Below are positions 13,070 to 27,666 of a DNA stretch of 64,000 nt, one piece after another. The stretch comes from Eledone cirrhosa (taxonomy: Eukaryota). The stretch is taken from NCBI GenBank assembly GCA_964016885.1, contig OZ024740.1, forward strand, positions 51,708,001 through 51,772,000, written 5' to 3'. Made by a program: the position numbers and the translations under genes. How positions within the stretch are numbered: position 1 is the first letter of the stretch; every line of letters begins with the position of its first letter. The notes beneath the pieces are model-generated. The model saw nothing but the letters and a program-made list of their open reading frames with translations. It made no database searches and was not told where the DNA came from.

Positions 13070-13152
13070 GTATACATACTTATATTTAAGTAACAGCCAT
13101 ACTAAGAGTGAGTGAGAAATGAAATTTCGTTTCATTTTTTTCCATTTATATA
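12394..13152. mobile_element. Fold-back element with hammerhead core; arms about 12394-12669 and 12806-13152
   Basis: Long inverted arms flanked by TA repeats. Confidence 0.8.
12814..12854 (+). ncRNA. Minimal type I hammerhead-ribozyme motif
   Basis: cggtg-CTGGCGA-t-agct-aata-agct-t-GAAA-CTAG-TA^-cactg; the mirror arm retains canonical CTGACGA. Confidence 0.6.
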
Positions 13153-13182
13153 TATGTGTCTATATGTATGTATATATATATA

Positions 13183-13243
<61 letters not shown>

Positions 13244-13263
13244 CTATATATATATCTACACAC

Positions 13264-13341
<78 letters not shown>

Positions 13342-13386
13342 ACGGGAACAAAAACAGCGAGGCAGACAAATATATATATATATATA

Positions 13387-13819
13387 CACTATATTAATAA
13401 ATGGAAACTATTTTATTATATATATTTCAAGGGCGACCAAGGTAAATTATGGTGCGCTTTCATCAGATAAAATACAGATTTGTTTTATAAATAAATATTG
13501 ACATACCCGGAAAAAGACAACCTCAACGGTTGAAATTTGCTGGAGAGACTCTCCAGTGAATTTCAACCGTCAAGGTTGTCTTTTTTCCGGGTATGTCAAT
13601 ATTTATTTATAAAACAAATCTGTATTTTATCTGATGAAAGCGCACCATAATTTACCTTGGTCGGCCTTGAAATATATATAATAAAATAAATATGGTTTTA
13701 TAAATATAGTTCCCATTTATTAATATATTGTGTATTTACTCCACTATTTTGTTGAGTGCTTTATATCAGTTATAAAAATTTTAAAGCTTGTTGAATCCCA
13801 ACAAATTTAATATAACCTC

Positions 13820-13823
<4 letters not shown>
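13387..13823. mobile_element. Palindromic Penelope-like pLTR derivative with a one-sided tail, inserted in (TA)n
   Basis: Near-perfect palindrome centred at about 13548; arm and about 90-bp tail are homologous to 25690-25957 of the GIY-YIG element. Confidence 0.85.
13623..13688 (+). ncRNA. Minimal type I hammerhead-ribozyme motif
   Basis: tattttat-CTGATGA-aag..ctt-GAAA-T-ATAT-A-TA^-ataaaata (8-bp stem I, palindromic loop 3). Confidence 0.75.
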
Positions 13824-13897
<74 letters not shown>

Positions 13898-14089
13898 AAA
13901 CTGGAACGGGAACAAAAACAGAGAGACAGTACAAACAAAGGTTTATTAGTTTCACGCTCTTGAGAGTGGGGGGTGCTTCAATCACCCTCTCACTTGGAAT
14001 TGACCAACTATGGAGGAGGGTGGTTTTGGTGTGCCATGTAGGTATACTTCAATGGTTCTAACTGCTTACTAGGAGTGGTAGATTGACAA

Positions 14090-14151
<62 letters not shown>

Positions 14152-14187
14152 TTAAAAAAATATTTTTCGCTCTACATGGCTGAATAC

Positions 14188-14823
14188 AATAAATGTAATC
14201 TTAGTTTTTCGAATATTAATAATTGTTTCTACTTTTGGCACAAGGCCAGCAATTACACAGTGAATTACTGGTACTTTATTTTATCGACCCCGTAAGGATG
14301 AAAGGCTAAGTTAACCTCCACGGGATTTGAACTCAGAATGACAAGGGCCGTAACTCTATGCGTCAAAGCATGGGGTCCGACCCTCTACCGATACTGCAAA
14401 ATTCACCGCTCTATATATTATTAATAATAATTGTTTCTACGTTAGGCACAAGGCCAGCAATTACCAAGTGTATTACTGGTACTTTATTTTATCGACCCCG
14501 TAAGGATGAAAGGCAAAGTTAACCTCGGCGGGATTTGAACTCAGAATGGCAAGGGCTGTAACTCTATGCGTCAAAGCATGGCGTCCGACCCTCTACCAAT
14601 ACTGCCAAGAGGAGCTCATTCTGCTGATATGGCTTTAAAAATGAGGATGTTTGCATAATTGCAAACGAATCGAATGTTATTATTAATATTCGAAAGGTTA
14701 ACTTTGCCTTTCATCCTTACGGGGTCGATAAAATAAAGTACCAGTAATACACTGGGTAATTGCTGGCCTTGTGCCTAATGTAGAAATAATTATTAATATT
14801 CGAAAAACTCAGATTACATTTAT
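14188..14823. mobile_element. Cluster of SINE family 1 copies: two tandem on the minus strand and one inverted partial copy
   Basis: ggtactttattttatcgaccccgtaaggatgaaagg..gggatttgaactcag occurs twice, with its reverse complement at 14696-14790. Confidence 0.8.
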
Positions 14824-14826
14824 ATA

Positions 14827-14961
14827 TACATGGCATACGTCAAAACGGCCGGTCTCAAAAGTGAAACTAATTTTTGACAGTTACGTACACGTTATAAGAG
14901 TTATTTAAATTTATATATATAAAATAAAGGAGCAAATAAGAGCATGATATAAAGTCAGTCA

Positions 14962-14992
<31 letters not shown>

Positions 14993-15341
14993 AAACGAAT
15001 GTAAAAGTACACACACATATACACTTATATATGCACACATACACACTATAATATATACACGTGTGTGTGTATATATGTGTGTGTGTGTAAAATTCTAAGA
15101 AACCTTATCTATGCCCTACATATATTCTTTTACATTCGTTTACACACACACACACATACACACACACACACACATACACACACACACACATACACACACA
15201 CACACATGACTGACTTTATATCATGCTCTTATTTGCTCCTTTATTTTATATATATAAATTTAAATAACTCTTATAACGTGTACGTAACTGTCAAAAATTA
15301 GTTTCACTTTTGAGACCGGCCGTTTTGACGTATGCCATGTA
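14827..15341. mobile_element. Fold-back/MITE-like element with terminus GGCATACGTCAAAACGGCCGGTC
   Basis: About 190-bp inverted arms with TA flanks. Confidence 0.75.
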
Positions 15342-15359
15342 TATATATCTATGTATATA

Positions 15360-15453
<94 letters not shown>

Positions 15454-15455
<2 letters not shown>

Positions 15456-16122
15456 CATACGTCAAGACGGGCGGTCAGGAAAGTGAAAGTAATTTTTGAC
15501 ACTGTGAATTTTGTTTTTTTTGTTTTTTACAACAGGTCTCAATAGTGAAAGTTACGATACACACGCAATTGTATGGATTTCTTAATATATATATATGTGT
15601 GGGTGTGTATATGTGTGTATATATATGTGTGTCTGTATGTATATATATATGTGTGTTTGTATATATATATGTGTTTGTGTCATCACCATCGTTTAACGTC
15701 TATCTTCCACGCAAGCATGGGTTTCCGACCCAAATCCCTTATCATTCTCTGTCCTTCTTATGACCCGACCTTAATTTCTTTGGGGACAGAGAGTTGGTGC
15801 AAACAAGTTTGGCGAGATGTACAAACATATATATACACACAAACATATATATACGTCTAAACCCATGCTTGCGTAGAAGATAGACGTTAAACGATGATGA
15901 TGACACAAACACATATCTCTATACAAACACACATATATATATACATACAGACACACATATATATACACACATATACACACCCACACATATATATATATTA
16001 AGAAATCCATACAATTGCGTGTGTATCGTAACTTTCACTATTGAGACCTGTTGTAAAAAAAAACAAAAAAAACAAATTCAGTGTCAAAAATTACTTTCAC
16101 TTTCCTGACCGCCCGTCTTGAC

Positions 16123-16126
<4 letters not shown>
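15454..16126. mobile_element. Related fold-back element with terminus (GGCA)TACGTCAAGACGGGCGGTC
   Basis: About 270-bp inverted arms between (TA)n tracts. Confidence 0.75.
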
Positions 16127-16164
<38 letters not shown>

Positions 16165-16739
16165 CCATCTCCACTGAAAGTTTACGTGAAATAGTCTTTT
16201 TCAAGACTATACAGAGCATTTGTAGTTGTCCCAAATTGAAGGATGAGTATTTTAAACTTTATTTTATCATGAATTAAGGCTCTATTGATTTTTCCCTGGA
16301 TTTCACTAAATTCTGTTGGATAAGTCTATATCCTGATTCTTTTTGAATTGAGTTTGAATTATTTTTCCCACATCTTACGTTAACTATTTTCCCAAAGCCG
16401 TTTTGACGGCTAATTCTTTAGTCCAGAATTAGCCGTCGAAACGGCTTGAGCTCAGCCGTCGGGGTCCTACTCGTTCCTATATATATATATATATATACAC
16501 ACACACATATATACACACACACACACACACACACTTACATATACATGCATATATATGTAGCGAAAACGGATGTGGTTAAGTAGGTGTAGCGATGGATGAA
16601 TTGGTTTGTATTTGTTGTTGTTCATTTAACCGTGGCAGAAGTAGTAGTTTGTATAGTTGTCTTCTGAGTGGTTATGAAGCAGGTACAAAATATATAAACC
16701 AGTCCCATGACTAACCCTTATCGAAGTAGTCCAACCCTG

Positions 16740-17200
16740 TCGACTGGGTTGGAGTGTTTGAGCAACTCGAATTATCTTTCGAGAAACCATCTTGGCGTGC
16801 TGACTGCAATGATCACCACCAGTCTCCCTCTCCATCTGTCGTCTATTGTTCGTAGCATGTCCACCAAGTTGCACTCAACATCGTCACATAGCTGTTTGAT
16901 GTAGGATGTGTTTGCTCACATTGGAATGCCCATGCTTTGGTGTCCATAACACATCGCTAACAAGTTCTTCCTTTGCTTTCCAATAATGCCCCGTGATTAC
17001 AGGTAGATGGCCGTAAAGTTGCTTTTTTTCTAAGGTATGTTTAAGGCATTCTTGTGTAAGTCCCATAAAGTTTCTTCTCCAGTCATTTAGTCAGTGTCCA
17101 TGTAATACACATGTACAACGGGACTGACTCTACTCTTGCTTGGATCAATTCACATTTCATTTGTTTGGGTAGCTTCGATTTTTAAAGCATCCCAAGCTTT
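16740..17200 (-). mobile_element. RTE/RTEX-like LINE 3' fragment
   Basis: LYGHLPVIT-GHYWKAKEELVSDVLWTPKHG; similar to 55350-55650 (YAGL..IS..RR.RFAGHC..V..LVLWKP). Confidence 0.65.
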
Positions 17201-18200
17201 TTTTATTGGCGCGGCGGGGAGACCCTTTTCTATTAGGCGCGGTGGATGGTCTGTTAGTTATAATTAGGCGTGGCGGGGGTCCATTTTTTCTATTGGGCGC
17301 GGCGGGGATGGTTTTTTTTTATTGGGCGCGGCAGGGCGTCCGTTATTTTTTATTGGTCATGGCGGGGAGTAGTTTCTTTATTGAACGCAGCTGGGGCTCC
17401 GATTTTTGATTGGGCTTGGCGGGCGGGGAGTCCCTTTTTTATTGGGCGTGGTGTGAGGTCGGTTTTTTTATCGGCTTCCGCGGATGTCCTTATTTTTTAT
17501 TGGGCGCGTCAGTGGGTCCCTTTTTATATGGTTCGGTGGAGGGTCTGTTTTCTTATTGTGCGCGTTGGGTTGTCCGGTTTTTTTTGGGGGGGGTTGGGTC
17601 GTGGCGGCGTGGACATTTTTTTATTGGGCACTGTGGAGTGTCCATTTTTAGTAGGACGTGGCAGAGGGTATGTTTTTTTCTTTTTTGGGGGTGTGTGTGT
17701 GTGGGGGGGGGCTCGTTTGTTTTATTGGATTCCGCGGGCGTCCTTATTTCTTATTGGGCGCCGTGAAAGTCCGTATTTTTATTGGGCGTGGCAGGGGGTC
17801 TGTTTCTTATTGGGCGTAGCTGGGGATCGGTTTTTCTATTTTGCACGGCGGGGTGTCAGTTTCTTGTATTTGGCGCGGCATGGGGTTCATTTTTTTTGTT
17901 GGACGCATTGAGGGGTCCCTCATTTTATAGGGCGTGGTGCGGGGTCCGTTTTTTATTTTATTTGGGCGCGGTGGAGGCGGTCTTCTTTTTTATTGAGCGC
18001 GTCGCGTCTCCATTTTTTTCATTGAGCGCGGCTGGGGTACCATTTTCTTATTTGGCGCTGCGGGGTCATGGTTTTTTTATACGGGCGCAGCGTGTCTGTT
18101 TTTTCTTATTGGGTTCGGCGAGGGTCCCTTTTTTATTGGTCACGGCGGGGGATCTGTTTTTTATTGAGTGTTGTGGTCAGTTTTTATGGGGGAGGGGGAT
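17198..18200. repeat. Degenerate GC-rich satellite, unit about 32 bp, consensus roughly TTTTTTTATTGGGCGCGGCGGGGGTCC, about 30 copies
   Basis: Recurring T-run + ATTGGGCG(C/T)GG periodicity. Confidence 0.85.
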
Positions 18201-18309
18201 TAGTTTTGTAATTATTATGGTTGGGGTTAGTGTTAGGTTTAGGTCTAGGGTTATGGTGCAATTGATGAAAAAATAGTAAAAGGCGGAATTGATATTCAAA
18301 ATTTTAAGG

Positions 18310-18642
18310 GTCAGGTTTAGGGTTAGGGCTAGGGTTAGGGCTAGGGTTAGGGTTAGGGCTAGGGTTAGGGCTAGGGTAGGGCTAGGGCTAGGGCTAGGGT
18401 TAGGGCTAGGGTTAGGGCTAGGGTTAGGGTTAGGGCTAGGGTTAGGGCTAGGGCTAGGGCTAGGACTAGGGTTAGGGCTAGGGTTAGGGTTAAGGTTAGG
18501 GCTAGGGTTAGGGCTAGGGTTAGGGTTAGGTTTAGGGTTAGGGTTAGGGCTAGGGTTAGGGTTAGGGTTAGGGCTAGGGTTAGCGTTCGGGCTAGGGTAT
18601 TTTAGGGTTAGGGCTAGGGTTAGGGTTAGGGCTAGGGCTAGA
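18310..18642 (+). repeat. Interstitial telomere-like array of mixed TTAGGG/CTAGGG hexamers (about 55 units)
   Basis: Direct reading; a degenerate lead-in lies at 18218-18255. Confidence 0.95.
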
Positions 18643-18823
18643 TGTAAGTGTTGTAAAGAAACATTTGTCAAAAATCTTAAGTGTCCTAGAAAAGTTAACC
18701 GGTGAAGAAGAAAATGCAGCTAACGGGTAGATGCTGGTGTTCTACTTGGTGCGTTGCAATCATTTTCCTTTTTATGCTTTTTTTTCTTTGTTTATTTTAC
18801 ACACCACACGCATACACACACAC

Positions 18824-18911
<88 letters not shown>

Positions 18912-19140
18912 GGCGAGGGGTGCCTGTGTGTAAAATAAATAATGAAAGAATAAGAAAAGCGTAGCACCAGTTAATTAATCCACCAAAGTTATCAATATGC
19001 AAATTAATCAATGGTAGTTGCGCAACTCCATACCACCAGCCTCGCAAAAGCACAACTATTCTGGTATCTATCCCCAGAAATAATGAATCGAATTTTGTTA
19101 AAGAGTAGGTCACATACAAGGGAAAAGGAAGATAAAAGAT

Positions 19141-19177
<37 letters not shown>

Positions 19178-19182
19178 TTGTT

Positions 19183-19250
<68 letters not shown>

Positions 19251-19253
<3 letters not shown>

Positions 19254-19664
19254 TTATTAAAATAACATATTAAAGTTTAAGCAAAGAATCGCTGCTTTCA
19301 CCCTTAACGAGATCTTCTGAAACTAAAAAGTCAATCTGTGAACCCAAAAGTAAATATTTCAAAAAATGTTGCAACCGAAGGAAGACAGGAAGACGATACT
19401 TTGGTTCGTGGAAACGTTCCCTGGCAAAGAACAGAAAAAAACGAAGATGATACGTCATTATTTGGTGCGGTGAAAACAATTACTTCTGCGTTCACAGATT
19501 GACTTTTTTAGTTCCGAAGATCCCGTTAAGGGTGAAAGCAGCGATTCTTTGCTTAAACTTTAATCTGTTATTTTAATAAATATTTGCTCTACGGTTCTTA
19601 TATATCTGATATATATTTATCCTTATCGAGCCCTCTTTGGATTTGTCTTCAAATTTATTATTAT

Positions 19665-19668
<4 letters not shown>
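19251..19668. mobile_element. Fold-back element in (TA)n with a degenerate hammerhead-like core and one-sided tail
   Basis: Arms 19251-19343 and 19490-19582; CCGAAGA-tccc-gttaa-gggt-GAAA at 19514-19537. Confidence 0.65.
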
Positions 19669-19704
<36 letters not shown>

Positions 19705-19810
19705 AGGTTCAGAACCCCGACGGCTGAGCTCCGGCCGTTTCGACAGCTAGATCTATATAATATATATAGAATAAGAAAATTTATTACTTCTTAGCTTCGT
19801 ACGGACGTAT

Positions 19811-19845
<35 letters not shown>

Positions 19846-20058
19846 CATAAGTACAGCTCTTTTTGTAAAACGTTTATTTTCGATTTCAGGTAAGCGCTCT
19901 ATCATCCATTTTTCTAAAAAAATAAATCATACACAAAACGCCAGCACCAACAATTTTGCAAGAGATGTCAACATGAATGGACCTGTTATTTTTATCTAAA
20001 GACATTTTTTCCAATTCCAGCCCGTCCGTCCCCTCAATCTATCTTATTTCTCATTCTT

Positions 20059-20094
20059 TCTTCTGATGAAGGACTAGCGTGCGAAACGTTAAGA
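20059..20094 (+). ncRNA. Ultra-minimal hammerhead-like motif
   Basis: tctt-CTGATGA-a-ggac-tagc-gtgc-GAAA-CG-TT^-aaga; stem II has one mismatch. Confidence 0.5.
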
Positions 20095-20193
20095 CCCTCT
20101 TCCTGCTATATCAAACGTTAACCTAATATATCCCTTCCATATACTGTACTGATTGTGTTGTTATTTCTGTTTACCTTTTACACACACACACAC

Positions 20194-20951
<758 letters not shown>

Positions 20952-21894
20952 TATACACACATATATATAGTATTAAGGATACTATTTATGGTTATGTATG
21001 TAATAATACCTTTTATGGTTATATATTTTTTATACAAACCCTAAATAGTGAAAGATAGTCATTAATTACTATCTTATTACCAGTAAGATAAATAGCTCAA
21101 TGTAATAACATCGGTTGTTTTACAGAGCAGTTATATAGAGATTACAATAATCAAAGTTCAGTTTAAATCATTTATTTGCTTACAATTGTTTCCTCCAAAC
21201 CGAGGTTTGGATTCTTCGGAGCAACTATTTAGTGATCTATATATACACCTTTAGTACTTCTTAATAGACAACACTGTAACCTATAGATAAGTAACATAAT
21301 CTAGAAATTAGTTATAACATCATATGATAGGCACTTATTTGAAACACCATTAATGTAATTTAGGATAATAAATTTAACTAAGAAAACCAGCTAGTTACCT
21401 CCCCTTGCGCATTAATTCCCCTTGGTCATACACACACTTCCGGAATATAATATCATCACACAAAACTAAACAACATGATCTATTAATTAAGAATCGACAA
21501 GATACGGTTTATAACTTGGTTATATGCCGAACCATCGTGAATTATATGATGAACCCGTGGTCTATATATTGCGTCTCATGGATTATGTGAATGGTGGTGT
21601 GCGCGAAGACAGTGGTACTGTTTTGCCTACGATATAATATGTTTTATAATATGTTTTATAATACATTTGGGACTGTATATCATACAGGTGTATGCGAAAA
21701 AATGATTTAATAATTCAGCCCGCATAATAATATCGATTGCCTGCTTCAACTGCCTGACCCTGCAAGTAACATTCTGACGCACTCTAATCCTGTATAAATA
21801 AGACACGCGTGCATGCTACACGTGAGATTGTTTCATACACTGACTACTCTAAACTTTCCTCTTGCTTTATCTTCATAAACTGCCAATGCTTCAT

Positions 21895-22021
21895 TTTCAT
21901 TTTTATTTTTATTTTTATTTTTATTTTAATTTTTATTTTTATTTTTATTTTTATTTTTATTTTTATTTTTATTTTTATTTTTATTTTTATTTTTATTTTT
22001 ATTTTTATTTTTATTTTTATC
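21895..22021. repeat. (TTTTTA)n microsatellite
   Basis: Direct reading. Confidence 0.95.
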
Positions 22022-22158
22022 CTTTAACCTTTATATGTAAATTGCCATGCTATATCATTTTGATGGATATCATCCCACTGTGGATCAATACGTGCATATG
22101 TTTTTATATGTCTCTTGTGTTGAAAAGGAGGTCAAGTATGTTATAGATCACTAAATAG

Positions 22159-22207
22159 TTGCTCCGAAGAATCCAAACCTCGGTTTGGAGGAAACAATTG
22201 TAAGCAA
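22159..22207 (+). ncRNA. Minimal type I hammerhead motif (CCGAAGA variant)
   Basis: ttgct-CCGAAGA-a-tccaaac-ctcg-gtttgga-g-GAAA-C-AATT-G-TA^-agcaa. Confidence 0.65.
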
Positions 22208-22268
22208 ATAAATTATTTAAACTGAACTTTGATTATTGTAATCTCTATATACATATATATATATATAC

Positions 22269-22425
<157 letters not shown>

Positions 22426-22461
22426 AATATACACGGGTGTGTATGATTGTGTATAGAAGAT

Positions 22462-23205
<744 letters not shown>

Positions 23206-23210
<5 letters not shown>

Positions 23211-23940
23211 GATATTAATAAATGGAAACTATATTTATAAAACCATATTTATTTCATTATACATATTTCAGGGATACCAAATTAAATCATGGTATGCCTT
23301 CATCAGACAAAATACAATATATAACAGTTTTACAAATAAGCTTTGACGTACCCTTTTAAAATGCAACCATTATTTTTGGAAGCCATCTGGATAGTGAATT
23401 GTTTATATTATTTTAATAAGTCTTAGTGTTAAGGACAATTAAAAAAAGACGGAGAGAAAGAAAAAAGACGGAGAGAGAGAAAAAAGAAAAAGAAAAAAAC
23501 GTGGAGAAATATCGGAGAGAGAGAAATGCATGGAGAAAAAAGAGAGAGATAAATAAAGACAGGAGGAAAGAAAGAAAAAAGAAAAAAGAAAAAAGAAAAA
23601 AGAAAAAAGAAAAAGAAAAAAGAAAAAAGGAAGAAATAAGAAAAACAGAGGAAAGCAACAGAGAGATATCAAGTCATCAGACAGATAGAAAAACTCAAGA
23701 GAGAGAAATAATATATAGAGAGAGGGGGAGATAATGAAAACTTTACGTCATGTCATATTAAGTTGAGTTAACAATTTATATGAAATGAATAATAAAAATA
23801 TAAATATTAATATTCATGAATGGGACATAAATATATAATATGAGAAATTAAACAGTGTTTAATAATGATTATATGTTTAGTTTAAAACTTGAGATCAATA
23901 TACTAAAATTTGAGAAACCACTATCTTACGGCAAAGATAG

Positions 23941-24005
<65 letters not shown>

Positions 24006-25957
24006 TCCTGAGAATAGAAATTATGTCTACTCAGGTCTACAATATAGACATACAAAACGCAAATGATTTCTCTTAATCACTGCTATACATTCCTTGTGAT
24101 ATAAAAAGTTCACAGTATATATACATAAATATATACGATTAACATTCATGCCTTCATATATACGATTACCATTCATGCATTTAACATTTTGTTAAAATTA
24201 TGCATATCTGCAATCAAAACTGCGTGGGTAGACATGCACACACATAACTCTCACCCACACACATGCATATACATATATATATATACACATACATATGTAT
24301 AAATAAATATTTGCGTGCGTCTTCACCAATTGTTAGACCCGCATCACTCATGTACACATACAGACAGATATACAATCATAAAAAAACCTATAACACTTTT
24401 ATATGCATGTTAATACACACATACACATCTGTATAGAGATAATCAAATGTCAATATATTACTAAAGGATTATACTTTGGAAATATAACTATAACAATATA
24501 AATTTAAAATACCAAAGGATTATATTTTGGAAATACAATTATATCAGTATAGTCTAAAGGACAAACGAATTCTAGAGATATCAAAACATTAAATATCTTC
24601 AAAAACACTATAGAGTATCTTAAGTTAAAATAATATGTTTCATATATTTAGTATAGAAATTTATCCTACGTATATTTTAATCAAGATATTGAAAGGGTAG
24701 ACTTATGAAAATTATGAGAAGCTATCAGAATCAAAATAAACCTAATAAAAATAAATAAAAAAATAAATAAAAAAAAATAATAAAAAAAATAAAAAAAAAA
24801 AATAAATAAATAAAATAAAAAAAAAAAAAATAAAAAAAAAATAAAAAAAAAATAAAAATAAAAATAAAAATAAAAGTTAAATAAATATTATATCAATATA
24901 ATTTAAAAATTTAAAAATTTTTAAAAGTTTTAAAAAAGTTTAAAAAATTTAAAAATTTAAAAATTTTTAAATTTTTAAATTTAAAAAAGCCAAGGATTCT
25001 ACAGATATCCTTATATTTAGTATAGAAATTTATCTTACGTATATTTTATTTAAGACATTGGAAGTATAAACATTTTAGAGTAGTTTATTATATCTATGTT
25101 TATATTTAGGAAGAAAATTTTAAAAGAAAAAGGTGAAGGAATGATTTATCAACAGGTTTCTAATGATTTATCAACAGGTTTCATATATTAACTAAATTAC
25201 TTAATTACTTATACTACATTTTAAATTTATATTTATATTTAAACGTTGAGTTCAATCTGTGTCTGCAGCAACTGAATAAATTATTCCTTAAATTAAGGGA
25301 ATTTTTGGACTTTAATATAAAGAATATTTCTTCAATACAAAGATCACAATTTTCTGAAGAGGAATTAAAAGGAGTAGCTTTTTTAAATAATATTCCAAGT
25401 CATCGAATATTTAACATTATCTCGTTTAAGGTCCCATAGTAGGCTAGATAGCGAAGTTGAAGATTTTTTGTTTGGATCTGTGAAAGAATTTTTATGATTA
25501 TTGAAGCGAAATTTAAATTCTGTAGAGGTAGAACCGACATAGTTAAATGAATTTAAATTAGTTTTAACATTACAATTGTACACTACATTTTTAGCTAAGC
25601 AGTTGTTATTTAACGGACAGTTAGATTTATTTCTACAGTTACAGTTATTCAATTGAATATTGCTTGGGTTATTATTGGTATTTTGGTTAGGCTTCCAAAA
25701 ATAATGGTTGCATTTTAAAAGGGTACGTCAAAGCTTATTTGTAAAACTGTTATATATTGTATTTTGTCTGATGAAGGCATACCATGATTTAATTTGGTAT
25801 CCCTGAAATATGTATAATGAAATAAATATGGTTTTATAAATATAGTTTCCATTTATTAATATCGTATATCTACTCCAAATACTTGTCGAGTGCTTTATAT
25901 CAGTTATAAAAATATTTACTTGTTGTATCCCAACAATTTTAAATAGAACTTTTGCAT
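23206..25957 (-). mobile_element. 5'-truncated Penelope-like element: inverted pLTR, GIY-YIG C-terminus, about 2-kb low-complexity 3' UTR, pLTR
   Basis: ORF 25383-25652 CNCRNKSNCPLNNNCLAKNVVYNC..YVGSTSTEFKFRFNNH; inverted arms 23206-23384 and 25690-25869; (TA)n on both sides. Confidence 0.88.
25760..25824 (+). ncRNA. Minimal type I hammerhead motif in the pLTR (mirror copy on the minus strand at about 23250-23315)
   Basis: tattttgt-CTGATGA-agg-c-atacca..tggtat-c-cct-GAAA-T-ATGT-A-TA^-atgaaata; stem I held by two G-U pairs. Confidence 0.72.
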
Positions 25958-25973
25958 ATATATATATATATAT

Positions 25974-26419
25974 ATATTAAATTCAACTATTAATAAAATA
26001 GATGTTCTTGTGATCAATTAAATTTTATTATACATATTTCAGAGGTACTTGAATCAAGTTCAATAGTACGTCCTCATCAGATAAAACAAAATGATACATG
26101 ACATACACTGACATGTTAAATAGTTCAGATTTAATCAAGGTAGTGACTACCTTGATTAAATCTTAACCATTTAACATGTCAGGGTATGTCATGTATCATT
26201 TTGTTTTGTTTTGTTTTATCTGATGAGGACGTACTATTGAAGTTGATTCAAGTACCTCTGAAATATGTATAATAAAATTTAATTGATCACAAGAACATCT
26301 ATTTTATTAATATTTGAATTTAATATTAATAACTCTGGAAAATATCTCTCTGTATAGTACTTTCAATCTACTGTAAAACTCATTCTTTGATGTACTCATT
26401 GAATCTTGTTTAACTCTTT

Positions 26420-26420
<1 letters not shown>
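25974..26420. mobile_element. Palindromic pLTR derivative with hammerhead and one-sided tail
   Basis: Palindrome 25974-26326 centred at about 26144; ttttat-CTGATGA-gga..tct-GAAA-T-ATGT-A-TA^-ataaaa at 26214-26277. Confidence 0.8.
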
Positions 26421-26476
<56 letters not shown>

Positions 26477-26613
26477 TGTCCAGAAATAGCCGTCGAAACG
26501 GCTTGAGCTCAGCCGTCGGGGTCTTACTCGTTCTTATTATCCACTCTACTACCCTAAGTATTGAGTACTTTGGTGCGTTATGGTTCACCTGGTTCCTTAC
26601 CACATTTCCTTCG

Positions 26614-26691
<78 letters not shown>

Positions 26692-26739
26692 GAAAGGTAT
26701 AGAAATTGTTTTAGCGATAAGCTAACAGTAAACGGCGAT

Positions 26740-27065
26740 GAATTAGTTTTGCGAGGTTTTTTATATGAAATCGTGTGTCGAAACAAATATTGTTATACTT
26801 GGGGAGGGTCATATTTGTGTAATATTGCCAGAATTAATAACAGAACACACTCACTGTTTGGTTGGTTTTCGCTTTTCGCTTCTGTATCTTTTATATCGGT
26901 AATCTAATTTATTCGGTCCTCAATGTTGCCATTGACTGACCGACGGTCAAAAATAATACAGATACAATATAGACACAAACACATATATATAGTTTATCAA
27001 AGTTCTTTCGTTGCACATCTGCAATATCGTCAGTGGTGCTATTGTTTCCTCCCGTTACATTGTAT
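26740..27065 (-). mobile_element. Solo terminus of the Penelope-like family at 62306-63603
   Basis: Reverse complement of about 63298-63603, including CTGACGA..GAAA. Confidence 0.8.
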
Positions 27066-27565
27066 GTCTACGCCATTTTTATTTAGACCCACATCACCAA
27101 CACGAGCGAAATTGCACAGCAAACACATGATGGGAGAGAGAAAATCCTCAACGCTCACATGATGATGTGGACTGACATCCTAAAGCAACATATAATTTAT
27201 CACTCCGATCCTAGGCAGAACGAAAACCTGTTGATAAACTGAATCCTCCGTTCGATCACCAATACCACGAGCTTGCCATTTACGTAAGTCTGATATTTAA
27301 TTTCGGATTCAAAGAAACACTTTAAACGATTGTTCGTTTGATTTGTCCAGGTGTACTTTTCTCAACCTGATTAGTTCTATCGTTACTTTGGTATGTATTG
27401 TGTGTTAGTTTCGCCTACCACAATGTTCGATTTGTCAAGCTATTTAAACGTATGTTATTACTCTGAGGTCCTATCTTATCGAGTGCTTTGCTAACTCATC
27501 ATTTCATATAAGTAGGCCGAATTTACTTGCAAACCGCCAGAGATTCGATTTTACTGATTTCCAAT

Positions 27566-27651
<86 letters not shown>

Positions 27652-27666
27652 ATATTATATATATAT

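Larger units (their letters stand above)
21134..22250. mobile_element. Penelope-like 3' UTR/pLTR remnant bounded by about 108-bp inverted repeats
   Basis: Arms 21134-21241 and 22142-22250; the arm is homologous to the terminus at 57878-57970 that lies downstream of a GIY-YIG ORF. Confidence 0.75.

Noticed and set aside
13119-13470. Many ORFs rich in YI/HT/CV dipeptides (also 4311-4875, 15-16 kb, 18.7-23 kb, 28.4-28.9 kb)
   Set aside because: Translations of (TA)n/(CA)n microsatellites, not genes
17206-18276. Long F/G/W-rich ORFs, and a CRISPR-like regular spacing
   Set aside because: Degenerate tandem satellite without unique spacers; eukaryotic context and no cas genes
18177-18705. PNPS/LGLG/RVRA repeat ORFs
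   Set aside because: Translations of the telomere-like hexamer array
23413-23734. K/E/R-rich and F/S/L-rich ORFs
   Set aside because: Purine-rich low-complexity tract within the PLE 3' UTR
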